DNA of 64,000 nucleotides from Psammoneis japonica (taxonomy: Eukaryota). Of this stretch, positions 38,875 to 52,076 are shown piece after piece. The first letter of the stretch is position 1. Every line of letters begins with the position of its first letter. The notes beneath the pieces are model-generated. The model was not told the DNA's origin. It did not search any database and was given only the letters and a program-made list of their open reading frames with translations. The DNA is taken from contig QPGO01000065.1 in the NCBI GenBank assembly GCA_008632985.1, positions 186,001 to 250,000 on the forward strand, read 5' to 3'. A program made the position numbers and the translations under genes.

Positions 38875-39633
38875 ATGGAAAAGGTTGTTATGTTTATCTG
38901 GCAGTTTCGTGACTACCCAAAGTCGTTGAGTTTATGGCTCCCTTCATTGCCGAGCTTGGTGCATCCCGAGAAAGTCTTTGATGGAATCGAATTTCACTTA
39001 CCGCAGTTGGCTCATATCATTATCCATCTAGAAGCTGATCGGGACGACGCCATCTTGGAACGGTTGGCTCCAGTCATTTCTCAGCAGTCCCTTCACTTTA
39101 CTCTTCAATTCAACTGGATCCTAGGCGATCGGATGCTCCCCTTCATGTTTCAGGTTGTAAATCCGGCATTCCACTCTACAATGAGGGCGGCGGGTGAGGA
39201 GGAGAAGCAAAAGTGGATCACTTCTCTGCGAGAAAAAGCCACGTCACAGGCTCTTTTTGAAAACGTTGGCAACCCGACTGCACCGTCGAAGAAACAGAAA
39301 AAGATCCCGGACGAGTTGACGACAGCGCAGTTGGACCGATACAATTTCTTCAAGGATGAACGTGACTTTATTCGAGATGTTTGTGACGTCGCGGTACGGT
39401 TGCGCTTCAAGGACAGAGTCGAACGAAAGGCGCTCGCCCCGCAGTACATGGAAGAATTGTGCATTCCTGCTTGCTGCTACTGTATATCCCAATGTGCAAC
39501 AGTACTGATATCTGTTGTCGAGTATCCAAGACTATTCCCAAGGATTGATGTCCCAATTCTCAGTGGTTATCGCATCGTGATCGCAACAATTCAAAAGACG
39601 ACTCACCATAATGCTTTTGATTTGTCTTTTTGA
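38875..39633 (+). pseudogene. Phosphatidylinositol 4-kinase (PI4K-beta-like) fragment, kinase domain missing
   Basis: IEFHLPQLAHIIIHLE..DDAILERLA..SQQSLHFTLQFNWIL resembles the PIK helical region; ERDFIRDVCDVAVRLRF resembles the pre-kinase segment. Confidence 0.65.
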
Positions 39634-40131
39634 TACGAGAAACGTTCTCAACCACTTATACAAAGACCGACTCGAGTTGCAAATTCATTCTTCCAAGCCA
39701 GAGGAAGTGGGCAACCGCGGCTACGGTGATTTAAATTGGACCCGCACTACCTTTTGTTTGTTTGCTCCAACAGCAGCTCAGCGAATACATAACTTTTTCC
39801 ACAAAGGTGATGCCAACGTCTGAATTGATCTTGTATAGTCCCAAGATGGGATTCTGAGGATAATGGTCGGGGGTTTCTTTCGCAACGATTCAGGGCCAGA
39901 TGATGTAGTACCCCACTCTGTGTAAAGTTCATTGTTCCCATTTCTATTCATTTATCCTCTAAACCAGTCATGCCTAGAGAAGAGACGATACGACTTGAGA
40001 CGAGCAATGCTTTTCGAGAGAAGAACCTACAGAAGATACGAAATGAATGAATAAACATCCGAAAATGGGTCGGTGTTAGTCACAAAAAGACGGTGCGAGA
40101 CCACACGCACGAGTGCGACCGATAGTTCTCG

Positions 40132-40431
40132 CCACAGATCAAACACACAGCATACCCAAGACAGAATATTCCTTAAGTATCTATAATGAAGAGATACCGG
40201 TAATGGCACGCAATAGCGGAGGTGTATTGAACGAATAAACATCAAAGTATGAGTCGTGACAATTTCCTACTTTGCGATGTTTCAGTCAATGTGATGTTGC
40301 AATGTTTAACTCCACAGATCAAACACAAAGCATATTCAAGACAGGGGATACTTTTCGTATCTATAATAAAAAGATACCAGCAATGGGAGGCAACAGAGGA
40401 GGTGTAATGAACGAATAAACATCAAAGCATG
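40132..40431 (+). repeat. Diverged direct repeat, about 120 bp, period 180
   Basis: ccacagatcaaacaca...gaacgaataaacatcaaag starts at 40132 and 40312. Confidence 0.8.
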
Positions 40432-41382
40432 GGTTTGCCGCTCAAATTTGGCGAAGACAAAAGCAAAAAGACCCATCTTTCGATTTTTACACAACCACAA
40501 CTCCGTTTCTCGCCAAACCAAGGGCCTTACCTATTAATTTAACCTCATAAAAGTAATATCTGTGTCTTCAATGAATGAAAACGATGAAGAACAGCTCAAA
40601 CAAGGCCGAGTATGGGTCGGCGTAGCGTCATCTCCAAAAAACGCAATCCACGTTCCGGAAAAAAGTCTCTCCGCGCAAAATCCCACGGATCGCGCGAAAG
40701 CCAATACATCCGGGTGATTTTTGTGGTGATCGTCACAAGTTGTGCAAAAAATCGGTGCCGATCGCCACAAAAATCACCCAGATGTAAAGTTATTACAAAC
40801 CAAAATTCTGCCCACCATCGTGCATTGCTGATCGACAATGACGAAACATTTTGAATCGGCGAGTAAATCTGTAATATATCTCATCATATTGTCTCTTTTC
40901 TTCTTCTAGTCACGATGCGAAGCAATCCTAAGAACAAGGCCTGAGAGTCGACTGGCAGCTGAGTTGCATTTAGCGTGCGTAGCCGGAGCAGAACAACAGG
41001 AGGCAGATCAAGTCAAGAAAATGGCCGTGGGAGGAACGGTTGCAATTGCAGCGGTTGGAGTAGTTGCCGGTGTCGCTTCCATGATGATGTCAAAGAAGTA
41101 GCGAATATGAATACATTCTTTTTGCTACCATGGCGAGCGCTTTTGACAAAAAATGTTCTTTAGCGGCATGAGTCGTCGCGGGTCGCGGCTGTTTGCTCGT
41201 AAGTCGGGAGAGGAACGCAGACTAACCTAGGAAATGCTACTTTCTTTGAATATGCTCCAGCTCCCTATTTGAAGCGGTTGCTCTTATTCTAGTCGGAAAT
41301 AAAAAATAAAGGAGAAAGCGCATGCACTGGAGAGGCATTGCGAACTTTATCAGCAACAAAAGAAAAGGGACCATCTTAGCTT

Positions 41383-41648
41383 TCCTGAAGCGAGAAGAGA
41401 TCCATTAGCTTGAAAGCAACAATAGTTCTGCTGACCATCTTGTCGGATTGCTAGCCTCTAGTGCTTTGTAGGGCATTATGTGAAGGAATCATTACACGTA
41501 CCTGTAGCTTTGGAATCCTGAAGCGAGAAGAGATCCATTAGCTTGAAAGCAACAATAGTTCTGCTGACCATCTTGTCGGATTGCTAGCCTCTAGTGCTTT
41601 GTAGGGCATTATGTGAAGGAATCATTACACGTACCTGTAGCTTTGGAA
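41383..41648 (+). repeat. Apparently perfect 133-bp tandem duplication
   Basis: tcctgaagcgagaagagatcc...gtagctttggaa starts at 41383 and 41516. Confidence 0.9.
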
Positions 41649-42265
41649 TTATCGTTTCGAGTTTAGAGTATAGCGACGAGCGTGGAAGGTATGGCAAGTG
41701 TATTGTTGGTTTATCCTAGCGTATTGACACAGTTGATCTTGTGTATGAATGCTTTGTCACATTCGTAACAAGATTGCCGGAAACGATTCTGCTGCAACGA
41801 TAGGGATACGCTAGATAGAGAGTGTGGACTTGTTGAAAATACCGGTAGAATGGTCTCTACTACTAAGAGGGCTTCAGGAATTTTCTAGTCGTAGGAAATA
41901 CTATAGGCGTGTAACTTTTTCAATGGTCTTTCGTTCGTTTTCGTCTGACAAGACTGCAAATATTGGATAGACCACGACATGCAATATTTGACGGAAGATT
42001 TTATAAGCATTGAACTACCGGTCCATGGTTTGCTTATTTGTGCGCACTGACTGACACCAACAACAGTTCAGAAAAATATTGAATCTCACCACGACACTGT
42101 CCAAATTGGTTCTAGCAAATATAGGCACCAGCAGTGCCGCAATTGTTGAAGACAGCGGGGTTCATGTATCGTTCAGCAATACAAATGATAGTGGCTTGTG
42201 ACAGATTGGTGAAATGATAATGAAAAGCTACTCTAGAGAGTATGTCACTAGCTTGAATAGCTTCG

Positions 42266-43986
42266 TCAGTGCTCCGCTCTAGTGCAACTCGGGTCGCGTT
42301 CCATGACAAGGCGGCACGGGGTACGTAGGTCGTCGCTCGTCAGGACAGATTGTGGCAATGACACGTTACTTGAGATTTTTGTGCTTCGTTTTTTCTTGCT
42401 CCGCTTTTCCCGTATTCTTGGACAGTGGACCGCGGCTGTTGCGGTTGGAGCTTTTGTTGCCGATAGAGGTGGTTCGTCCGTTGGTTCTTTCGTTACGGCC
42501 GGCGAGACGTTGTCAGTAGTCTTGGTGCTCAAGTCTCTCTCTTGGGTTTCCGTGTTCGTTTGAGCGACTTCCTCGGCAGTCGACGCCTGCTTTTCCTTAT
42601 TCAAGGATGTAGACTTTGCACTTGCATCCTTAGTCGAAGAAGACGCTCTGATGCTCTCGCTCGTACCGGCTTCTTCCTTTGATGCCTCGTTGGGGCGGCC
42701 CTTCGCTGTAGTTTTCGATTTTCGTTTTGTGGTCTTGGCTGCCTTTGAAGCTGGCGCTGCTGTTTTAGTGCGGTCTCGTTCCACAGCTGCAACATCAATG
42801 TGCATACACTTGAGACCTGAGACAAACACAGGATCTTGAACAACTTCTGGGTATTTGAGCAATATCTGCTTCAACTCCTCCCGTGCTTGAACTTTGGTTT
42901 CGGCATCAAGAGCCTTGTGCAACATGGCGATGCGTTCGTTTGTGCGTTCCTCCTCGACAATGGCTCTCTCTAAATTAGGCAAAACTTGTGTCGGAAGCAT
43001 AACATCGGCACGGGGTATTTCATCCAACATACAATACAATCTAGTTGGTTCTTTGGGTTGCGGCTGCCCCGGTATCGGGCTCTTGATTGTCACTTGCACA
43101 ACACCCGTTGCCACCAACACTTCAACAATATGTTGCAACGTATTGGGTCCCAGCATGACATGCCACCGCCTGGTATGTAAGACTCTCGAGACGATTGTAT
43201 TGGTGGGAGATTGTATTCCAGTTGCTCCAGAGAAAGCGGCCCGTCTGTACAAGTACAGGTAAGAAAGAGTACTACGAGGTGAGCTTCATTGCGAGGAAGC
43301 ATTGAATCATCAACACCACAAATCCACTTACACGTTTGTAGCAGGGACATTATGTCATGAGAAGTTTGAACTACAACTGGGTCCGCAAGGGGCATGTGCG
43401 GTGTTACAGGAACAGCACGTGACGGATTGCCGCTGGTATCAGCTGCGACTTTGCGCTTCTTGCTCGTCGGCTCACCAGGCGGAGTCGTGTTTGCATGCTT
43501 CTTGTCACTGATTCCTTGACTTGTCCCTTGCTCGGTGTCGGTGGCGATTTTCTTTACGCCACGTTCTGATGCAGCTGAAGATTCTCGTACTGCTGCTGCT
43601 TTCTGAGACACGGTTGGAGTCGTCTTATCCGACTTGTCAGCAGGATTCTTACTGCTTGCAGCAGCCGGTTTCTTCGCAGATGACGCTGAATGTTTTGCTA
43701 CATTACCTGTACTATCAGAGCCAGAATTCGACAAAGCTTTTGACTTTACCGAAGGAGGAGCTGCACCCGGGGCTGTGGCGAGGGACGACTCGTTGTTCTT
43801 GCTGACATCGAGCGCCGATTTCGTTGGGGGCAAGCTTGGGTTTGTCTTCGTGTCGTGCTTGGATTCCGAGGTGCATGTGATTTTCTTTTTCTCATCTGAA
43901 ACAGAAGGAGTCGTCGTGGTGGAGTCGACACCAGGGTTGTCCTTAGCAGAACAAGAGGCAGGGGCTGCTGGCACGGTCGTCGTCAT
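42266..43986 (-). CDS. Hypothetical protein with low-complexity S/T/K/A termini and a central globular segment; intron 43245-43331; one frameshift near 43150
   Basis: ORFs 43090..44184 and 42266..43252; gtaagt..cag intron on the minus strand gives LLQTYGPLSLEQLEYNLPP. Confidence 0.6.
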
Positions 43987-44091
43987 GGTCACTCGAATGT
44001 GCACGCAAGCAGGGATCATACGCATACACTCCAATACTGGTACTGAGTCCACAAAAACAAAAGCAGGCGAAAGTCCAAAAAGTAATTCTAC

Positions 44092-44452
44092 ATATCCCTG
44101 CTTATGCACACGAACCACCTGGTGGTCCGTGTGCATTTTTGGGTGCACACGAACCACCTGGTGGTTCGTGTGCACCCTACGCAAAATGCTGCGTAGATTT
44201 GTACCGAATTAAATCTGAATGCCTACATCTGCAGTAGGCTCTACGTGAAAACGCACTCGAAACAGTGTCCACCGAGCCGGCAGTCATGTGCCGGAACGTC
44301 GTGAAAAGTATTTTATGTCTGAGAAAGAGTTCGTCAGGGCCGGCGAACAACACCCCTCTACGATGCGACTGGTATAAAATGTACGTAAATGCACAGGAAC
44401 CAGCATGTGGTTCGTGTGCAAATTAGAGCTCGTGAAAAATAAGCAGGGATAT
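44092..44452. mobile_element. Non-autonomous TIR element (MITE), CCC...GGG ends with putative ATAT target-site duplication, piggyBac-like
   Basis: atat|ccctgcttat (44092-44105) and ataagcaggg|atat (44439-44452) are reverse complements; three subterminal palindromes of the type tgcacacgaaccac..gtggttcgtgtgca. Confidence 0.7.
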
Positions 44453-44619
44453 TCAAGGCAGTAGAGTCTTCAATGTATGATGCGATTTATATTTTTATTT
44501 GATTTCGAAGATGTCAGGTAATGAAAATGTCATTTGCAGTCTTCAGGACTATATAAATTTGAATGCATGATGCACTGACACCTCAAAAGGATGGGCCGGT
44601 CCTACAGCATGCCGTACGA

Positions 44620-47100
44620 GAGAAAGCAAAAGCAAACATCCATCGCTTGCCCAAACCGCAACACCCAGAGCATTTGTTTCAAGCAAGCACTCGTGGTTGC
44701 ACCATGCTCTCTCTGTGGCAACTTGTCACCGCAGGAGAGCAGCACAAAACAACCTGCAACTCAATGGACACAGCTTGCCACCCCTGCATCATTGCAGCGG
44801 CCAACCTCATTGAATCCTGCCACAAGCATGTGCCCAGACAAGACTCATCATTGCTTCATTGTTCCACCAGTCAAGGAAAAGAGACTGCCCACAGACTTCC
44901 AGAAACACCACTCTTCATGGTCCTGTGCCAGCGATGCTCTTGCTTGGTGTGGCTGAGAACCATGTTTGTGCAACTTGCCACACATTCCATCACATTGCCG
45001 CACACAGCAACCTCTTGTTGCATGTTTTAAAATGAAAAAGTTCAGGGCCAGGGCCAACAATGAGTTGTTTGTGAGTGCCTTCATCAGCTCTCCCAGCCAA
45101 CAAAGTGCCTCTCTCTGGCAGTTGAGTGTGTGAGAGAGCACATCTCTTGCAGCTTCATAAAAACAAGAGTGGAGAGAGTTGTCAGTTGTGGATTTTGTGG
45201 TGGTAGATCAAGTTTCCCATTCTTCTGGGTCTTGTGAACACAATGATGCTGACACAATGACTGACATGAGCAAGAGGGTGAAATCATCGCAATGCTTTGC
45301 AGGATGAGAAGTGCTGTGTGGCGCAGCTTTTTTTGCCACATGTCCTTTTTGCTGCACTGCTTTGCTCTAAAATTGCCTCTGCTCTTGTGACTGACAATGT
45401 GTTGCCCACAAGCTTGGTTGCAGCAGATGAGGCAGCAAAAAAGTGAGGCAAAGCTGCGCCTCTTTGCTTGTCAAGCATGTTGAGAAACTGCCTTGCTGCT
45501 GACAGAGTGGGTGCTTTGTGCTCAACTGCATGAAGATGCAGCAGCTTCAAGATCATCCACCAAAAGTTGTTGAAAAGCAGGTGCAGAAAGTGTTGGAGAA
45601 CTTGCAAAAAAGACCTGTGTGGGGCTTTGGCAGGCTCAAGTTGGAGCAGAGCTGTGCCACAGATGTTGCAGGGCAGATGACACACTCAAGAAGGCACAAG
45701 AGAAGCTTCAAGGTGTTTTGACAAATTCAAAGTCAAGGTGGCAGAGACTTTTGCAAGCTCTAAAAATTCCAAGGCAAGTGGAAGGCCAAACATTTGTTCA
45801 AACAAAAACAAAACAAAACATTGGCGTCACATGGGCAGCACTCATCTGGCTGTGATTTTGTGCACCATGTTGTGCAAAACCCAGTGCCCATCCATTGCAC
45901 ATTGACCTGTAAAAATTTTGCACCTCTGTGCACACACCCAACACCAAAAAACACTCCACACCATGGTGCGTGAATCTCAGAAGCCTGTCATTTAATGACC
46001 ACAATGACTCAAGATGGGCAATGCTTCACAGTTCTTGCATCAAACACTTTGGTTGTTCACTGGCTTTCTCTTTTCTTCATCAACATGATCATTTGATCCA
46101 AGTGCAATGTGTGAATGCCAGCTGCACTGTGAATGCATTTCACAATTGGTTGTTCAAGAAAACCCGGTTTTTGTGTTGAATGTTTTGCAGGAGCATGCAG
46201 TGGTCTGGGAAAACACAACAAACTGACATGCCCAAAGTGCAGCACCCTTTGCACCAAGTGTCAGCGCCCCTCTCTTGAGCGCACTCTCCACAAGATGGAA
46301 AAGGAAGAATGCAAAGAAAGGGTCTCTGATCATGAAATGGAGCAACCCAGCAGAAAGAAAAACTTTGTTCAACACTTTGAAACCATGCTCAAGAAGCTGC
46401 CAGTTTGATTGGTTTTTCCTTGGTTGGATGGAAAGTCAGTGGGAAGCTGGGTCCATGAACTGTCATCACTCCAAAAGACAATGTTCCTTCTGAAATGGGA
46501 GATGACCATCAAAAGGGTTTTTTTCAAGTTGGTGAAACATCTTCACTCAATTGGGGTCTGTGACAACTTGAGCAAGACTTGGTGATGTGACCCAACTGCT
46601 CCTTTGCAGATCTTGCAAAGTCAGACAAGAACAGCTTTCTGTGTGAGAATCATGTGTTCCATCTCTCTTGTGGCAAAACAAGAAATGAAATTGAGGAAAG
46701 CAGGAGGGGTGAAAAGTTGGACATTGGGCTGTTTGTTCAAAAAGGTGTTTGTTGCTGTCAATGTCACAAGGAGTGCAGGATGCTTGAATGCCAGCAGCAG
46801 CATTTTGCAGGCTCGCCAATTGGCCAACACTTGGATCTCATCTTTTTTCTCTGCTTTCTCGATTCAACCGCTCTCCACTTGGCAGCTTTGCACCAAGACC
46901 AAGCAGGCATCATGGATGAGCTTCTAAAATTCAATCCTGAGGTGGTTGACGTGCTGGGGGAAGAGGGCATCACTCCTCTTTGATTGCTGCCATCGAGTGG
47001 GACAATGTGGAGGGGGCACGAATTCTCTTGCATTGACGAGCGTGGCGCAACGGCGGCCCTTTGCTGCGCAGCGTGTGCAGGCAATGAAGCAATGATTCTT
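44620..47100. other. TpA/CpG-depleted hypermutated block 4, with possible RING-like and ankyrin-like remnants
   Basis: TA is rare; CVECF..LTCPKC at about 46170-46240; TALHLAA and GATALCCAACAGN ankyrin-like segments at about 46865-47090. Confidence 0.85.
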
Positions 47101-47150
47101 CTACTTCTAGAATGGCATGCTAAGGAGCAAATTCAAAAGCACAATGTCTA

Positions 47151-47358
47151 CTAGCTTGTATCAACTAAATAAATGAACTGTAGAGGGAGGCGGAGCAGCA
47201 CCTGGCATCTTTCAGCATCGTGACATTCCATCTCCGGGGATTAATTGAATCGACTGACTACACTGTCGGTGCCATTTGTATCAATTTGCAAAATCGGCAA
47301 ACTCGAAGTGGAACACCAAACGAATTGTTATTGAGATAAGTCTACACTGTGCTGACAA
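47151..47358 (+). repeat. About 200-bp dispersed repeat, copy 2
   Basis: Aligns to 38237-38435. Confidence 0.9.
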
Positions 47359-47577
47359 TACAAGACTCTTGAGACACAATGTTTCCGCTTTGCTTGTCGT
47401 CTAAGAACGCTGTTCAGGCCCAAGCATTGCAGCAATCAGTTAGGAGGTCACGTTTGAAACTCCGACAGGTCGCGCTCTCGTTGTTTCTGAGCTGCCCGAG
47501 AACAACAGTGAGGGCGAGGTAAGAAACGACCCAGGCATGTACGGAACAAATCAATTGTCACCATTGTCTCTTTAAAA

Positions 47578-49080
47578 TGATTGGAATGATGATCGAAGCA
47601 TTGTGTTTGTGCAAAGAGGGTGTGGGCGCAGTCTCATCATGGGTCGGAAGAAGGATCGTGGGTTCCAGTTTTTTCTCTGGCCATCTCGGGGAGAAGCCTG
47701 TTAGCGGAGGATCGATTCGATGAGGATGAATCTCTCCATGAACGTTTGCGGAAGTGTAAAGCCATTGCCGCTGAGAAATTCGACAACATTGCACAGAAGT
47801 CAAACGTGATTTTGTCTCCAACGCTGTTGAGCAGCATGATGCAGCAACAACATGCAGTACAAAATTATTATCGCAAAATATCTCATGCCGAAGAATGGCT
47901 CGATAAAATTTCGATTGAGGTTTTCGTATGTATCGTTAGAACCCATGACGGGCACACAAATTGTCGAACGAGTCAAGACAAGAACAACCGAAGTGCAGCG
48001 ACGCTATTTGCCCTGTGTGGATTTTCTAGTGTCGTGTCAGCAAGAATTACGTGCAGTCCTGGCAGCTGAATGCCAGGGATGTGAGTTAAAGAAGAATGAG
48101 TTTTTGGGTGGGATGAAGGATGGAGAATCGTGGGGATTGTGCAAGGGGTTTTGAAACACGGTGGGACACTTGTGATTTGCAACAATTTGGAATGTGTTTT
48201 GACGGCTATCCAGAAAATGGATCGTAAAGCAGAAAATACGCGTAAACTCGCCGAGCGACTGAGACCCATGGCCAAGAGAACGTTTGTTTTGTTGAAACGA
48301 GACGTGCCGGTTTCGTATCAAGATCAGAGTTCGGCTCACCCGCATTTGCCTTTTTTCATCGACTCGAGTATGCCTTGCGGGGTGTTTCTAATTTTGACCC
48401 AGAGGATGACGGTGTGATTTGTATTGACGATGACGACGAAGTCCATGAGATTAAGCAAAAAGCGGCCAGCAGCCCAGCCAAAAGGAAAGCGGAAGTAATG
48501 AGTCAGGGACAAGCCAAGCGAAGGAAATCAGAGATCGGTGAGAGCAACGTCGTGACGACAGCAACAAAAGCGCGTGGTCCCTTTCATGCCATTGCCAAGG
48601 GCGGAGATGTTTCGGACGATGGCAGTGACGTTGAAGTAGCTGGAGTCTCGGGAAAGGTATCGTCCAGCCCTTACGGTGCACATGCCGTACGAGTACCATG
48701 CTCAATGCGGCCTCTGGTACAAAGTGTTGCATGTGTGACAAACACTTCGCTAAGAGTGGCAGCTATGAAGTGAAAGAGGACAACCACGTGATTCCGGCAT
48801 GTGGGAAAATGCTGCAACAATTGCAGAGGAATTTTGGGCCACAGTAGACGGCTTGGCGGCGGGGGTTTCTACCGCTATTTCCGCATCTACCGAGGGTTCG
48901 AATTCGTCCATGACGGTGGACGAAATTTTGTTTGAAACTAATCAGCAAGGCACGGTAATTTCCATGATGTTGGACAGCTCGTGCTTTTGCAACTCGCGAG
49001 TCCAATGCGCGATTGCTCTTCGATTGTTTGCTTCCATTTTGCAAAAGCGAGACGCACGACAGTTTCTTCAGATGACTTAG
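47578..49080 (+). CDS. Fragmented hypothetical gene(s)
   Basis: Chain of overlapping protein-like plus-strand ORFs (47620, 47852, 48130, 48375, 48799); no family recognised. Confidence 0.3.
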
Positions 49081-49292
49081 CTAGAATAGTAAATGATGAA
49101 AGTGTTGCTCTAACTAGCATTATGGGACTACGGCATCTGTCGAAGATGGAAGACTCTAATCACAGTACGAGCACTGTAGATCTTTAGTCGATAGAGTCAA
49201 ATGGGTGCTGAGCTGTTCGCAGAAACCCACTACTCCTGCACTTTATTTTTTTCTGTTTTCACTTTTTCTTTTCTGTCGCAGAAACAAGCACC

Positions 49293-51238
49293 ATGGCCAA
49301 GTAAAAGCGCCGCTATCCCCAAAAGAAGCAGGGCGATGAGAGACATGTTGTAAAATAAGAGCAGGAGATTGAGAGTCTGGAACAGCGGATTGCGGCCGAA
49401 GCTCCTGATCGAGGGTATACTCCTCCGCTTTTTTGTCGGAAGCAACGTTGCGTGGATTGGATGGAGCTAACTTCGTCACCCTGACTGAAATACAAAACGC
49501 TTGTATTCCTCATGCGCTGTGTGGAAGAGACATTTTGGGCGCAGCACGAACGGGCTCGGGAAAAACTCTTGCGTTTCTGGTGCCGGTTATTGAAAAGCTG
49601 TTTCGCTCGAGATACACTCCATCCGACGGGCCCGGTGCTCTTGTTCTAAGCCCGACTCGCGAGCTTGCGGTACAGATCTTTCAAGTATTGAAAAAGATGG
49701 GACAGCATCAAGCATTGTCGGCTGGACTAGTAGTGGTCGGCAAAAAATATCGTGTCGAACAACAGCATGTTGGATCCACCAATATACTCGTGGCTACACC
49801 GGGACGTTTGTTGCAGCACTTGGAACAGACACCAAATCTTGACGTTTCGAGCATGCAAATACTAGTAATCGAATACTTGACATGGGCTTTCGGAATCAAA
49901 TGCTACAAATTTTGGAATATCTACCGAGCGAACGGCAAACTTCGTTGTTTTCTGCAACGCAGACGAAACGAGCTTCTGATTTGGCGGCGTTGTCTTTGAA
50001 AAAAACCGAATACCTTGGTGTACACGATAAGGAGTCAACATCTACTACATCCAATCTGATTCAGTCTGTCGTTGTGGTCCCCCTTGAGCATAAGCTCAAC
50101 ATGGTGTATTCCTTTCACATCTCAAGTCAAAATCGATTATATTCTTGGCGTCGTGTTAGCAAGTACGCTTTGCGTGGCAGCTCTTTTGTGCGCTTCAACG
50201 CGGTATTCCCGTCATGGCATTGCATGGCACGCTGGTACAAACCAAACGAACCTCTATTTATTTTGACTTTGTCCATCGACCCAACGCCGTCTTGTTTGCG
50301 ACAGACGTCGTAGCGCGCGGGTTGGACTTTGCAAGTGTCGATTGGGTCGTTCAAGTGGATACGCCCGAAGACCAAGACATGTATATTCATCGTGTTGGAC
50401 GAACCGCATGGTCCAATCGTGGTGGAAAGTCGTTATTGTGTGGCAAACTCGTCCACGGCCAAGTCATCCAACTTGAAGATGTCCTTGTTTGGCATTAGAT
50501 GAATCGATCGTAGATTGGACTAAAACGCTTTTTTGGCGAGCGACTGTAGCTTAGGATTGGACGCGACAAGTGAGGTTGGGTTCATGGCCAACTTTTTCAA
50601 CGGCACGCGAGACTTACTCAGCAATTCCAACATCCCGGCTTCTTCCTGTGGCGTGACATCTGGGACTGCCCTTTACTCCCAACCTTCGGTTTCTACAAAA
50701 AATCAAGGATCGAACGCAGGTACGCAAATCCAAAAATGTCAAACGAGGAGGAGAAAGAAGAGGACGACTTGTTGGTTGTAAAGCAACAGTACGAGTGGAG
50801 CCAGGAGGATGTAGACGCAACCGAGGGTGACATTCATGAAGTTACCAAATCTCGAAAGGCAAAGAGAATCAAGGTCGATATGGAGGTTCAGATTTTAAGA
50901 ATAAACGAATCGTCTTTGGTACCGGACTCGTTGGCGGATGCAAATCAATCCTATGTCGACAAGTGCGTCGGCGGTTGGAGGATAATATGAAGCAGGATCG
51001 TCAACAGGAAAAGGAGCGAGTACGGGAAATGCGCAAGCAGAAACGAATCAAAGCAAAGGGCGCATTGGATGAGCAGCAGCAGGATACTGGCATGATGCTG
51101 ACTCTTTGCGGACACAGTGACGACGAGGGGTCTTCTAGTAGTAGTAGCAGCAGCGACGAGGAGAGCGATTCATCATCAAGTAGCGATGACCAGCATGCTC
51201 GTGGCAGCATAGACGTCAAGGCGCAAGGAGACTTGTAG
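49293..51238 (+). pseudogene. DDX10: DEAD-box RNA helicase DDX10/DBP4 pseudogene
   Basis: TEIQ, GRDILGAARTGSGKTLAF, SPTRELAVQIF, ATPGRLLQHL, LFSATQT, ATDVVARGLDF, YIHRVGRT. The LDEA codons of the DEAD motif are missing at about 49867; further deletions and an early stop. Confidence 0.85.
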
Positions 51239-52076
51239 CTACCGTGTTGGACCTATGAGAACACGGAAGAATGTCTGATGTTCCTCGTGTGAATCTCCGA
51301 TAGCCGAATGCGCTCTGGTAGTACTTGATTCCTCATAGCAACTACTAGAGACTCTTTTGGTCGACTAATAGAAATACTTTGTACGCAAGCTTTACACAAT
51401 ATCTGACGACACAGGACGGGAATACAAATTAAAGTACCACTACATGGTTAAACCTCGGCCCTACTAATTATTACGAGACGCCACGGAATACGTAACAACA
51501 ATGGAGCCGCTATCCTTGACGTCCGATTCCGTTTTGTCCCTTCCTACAGTATTCTAATTCATATTTCTCCGCATCCGACATTCAAAGTTATAGGTTTGGT
51601 CCATTGACCTCCACGGGTCTCGAGCAGATACGAACAGGGTATTCTTGATATGTAGAAAGACCAATCATGCCTGGTACACATTTTGTTTGAGAAAACGTAA
51701 GTTGCGGGGCGGGACCCACGGTTACTTGAACCTTAGTATTTCAACAAAGACTGTCTGTCGTATCGTTTCAAGTCGGGTGGTCGAACCGGGTAAAGGGTGT
51801 ATTTCTATGTTGCGAAATGAAAACGAAAAGCAAGGTTAGTAAACAAGTCTCAAATGAAAATGGAAAGGAGGCACGAAATTGACTTACATTGGGGGTGCAT
51901 TCGAATGTAACGTAACACAACGAGTGCACCCCATGGTATTATGAATTGCACGACAAACTCGTGCAATGTTGGCGAGTCTTTGATGCGCAGAAAAGATATT
52001 GTACCGTGAAATGGAATCAAGAGATGCCCCCATGCATTCTCGACTCCCACAGGTACAAAACAAGCATCTAATGAGT

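Noticed and set aside
44105..44420. CRISPR-like palindromic repeats
   Set aside because: Only three copies with irregular spacing, no cas genes, and a eukaryotic context; better explained as subterminal repeats of a TIR element.
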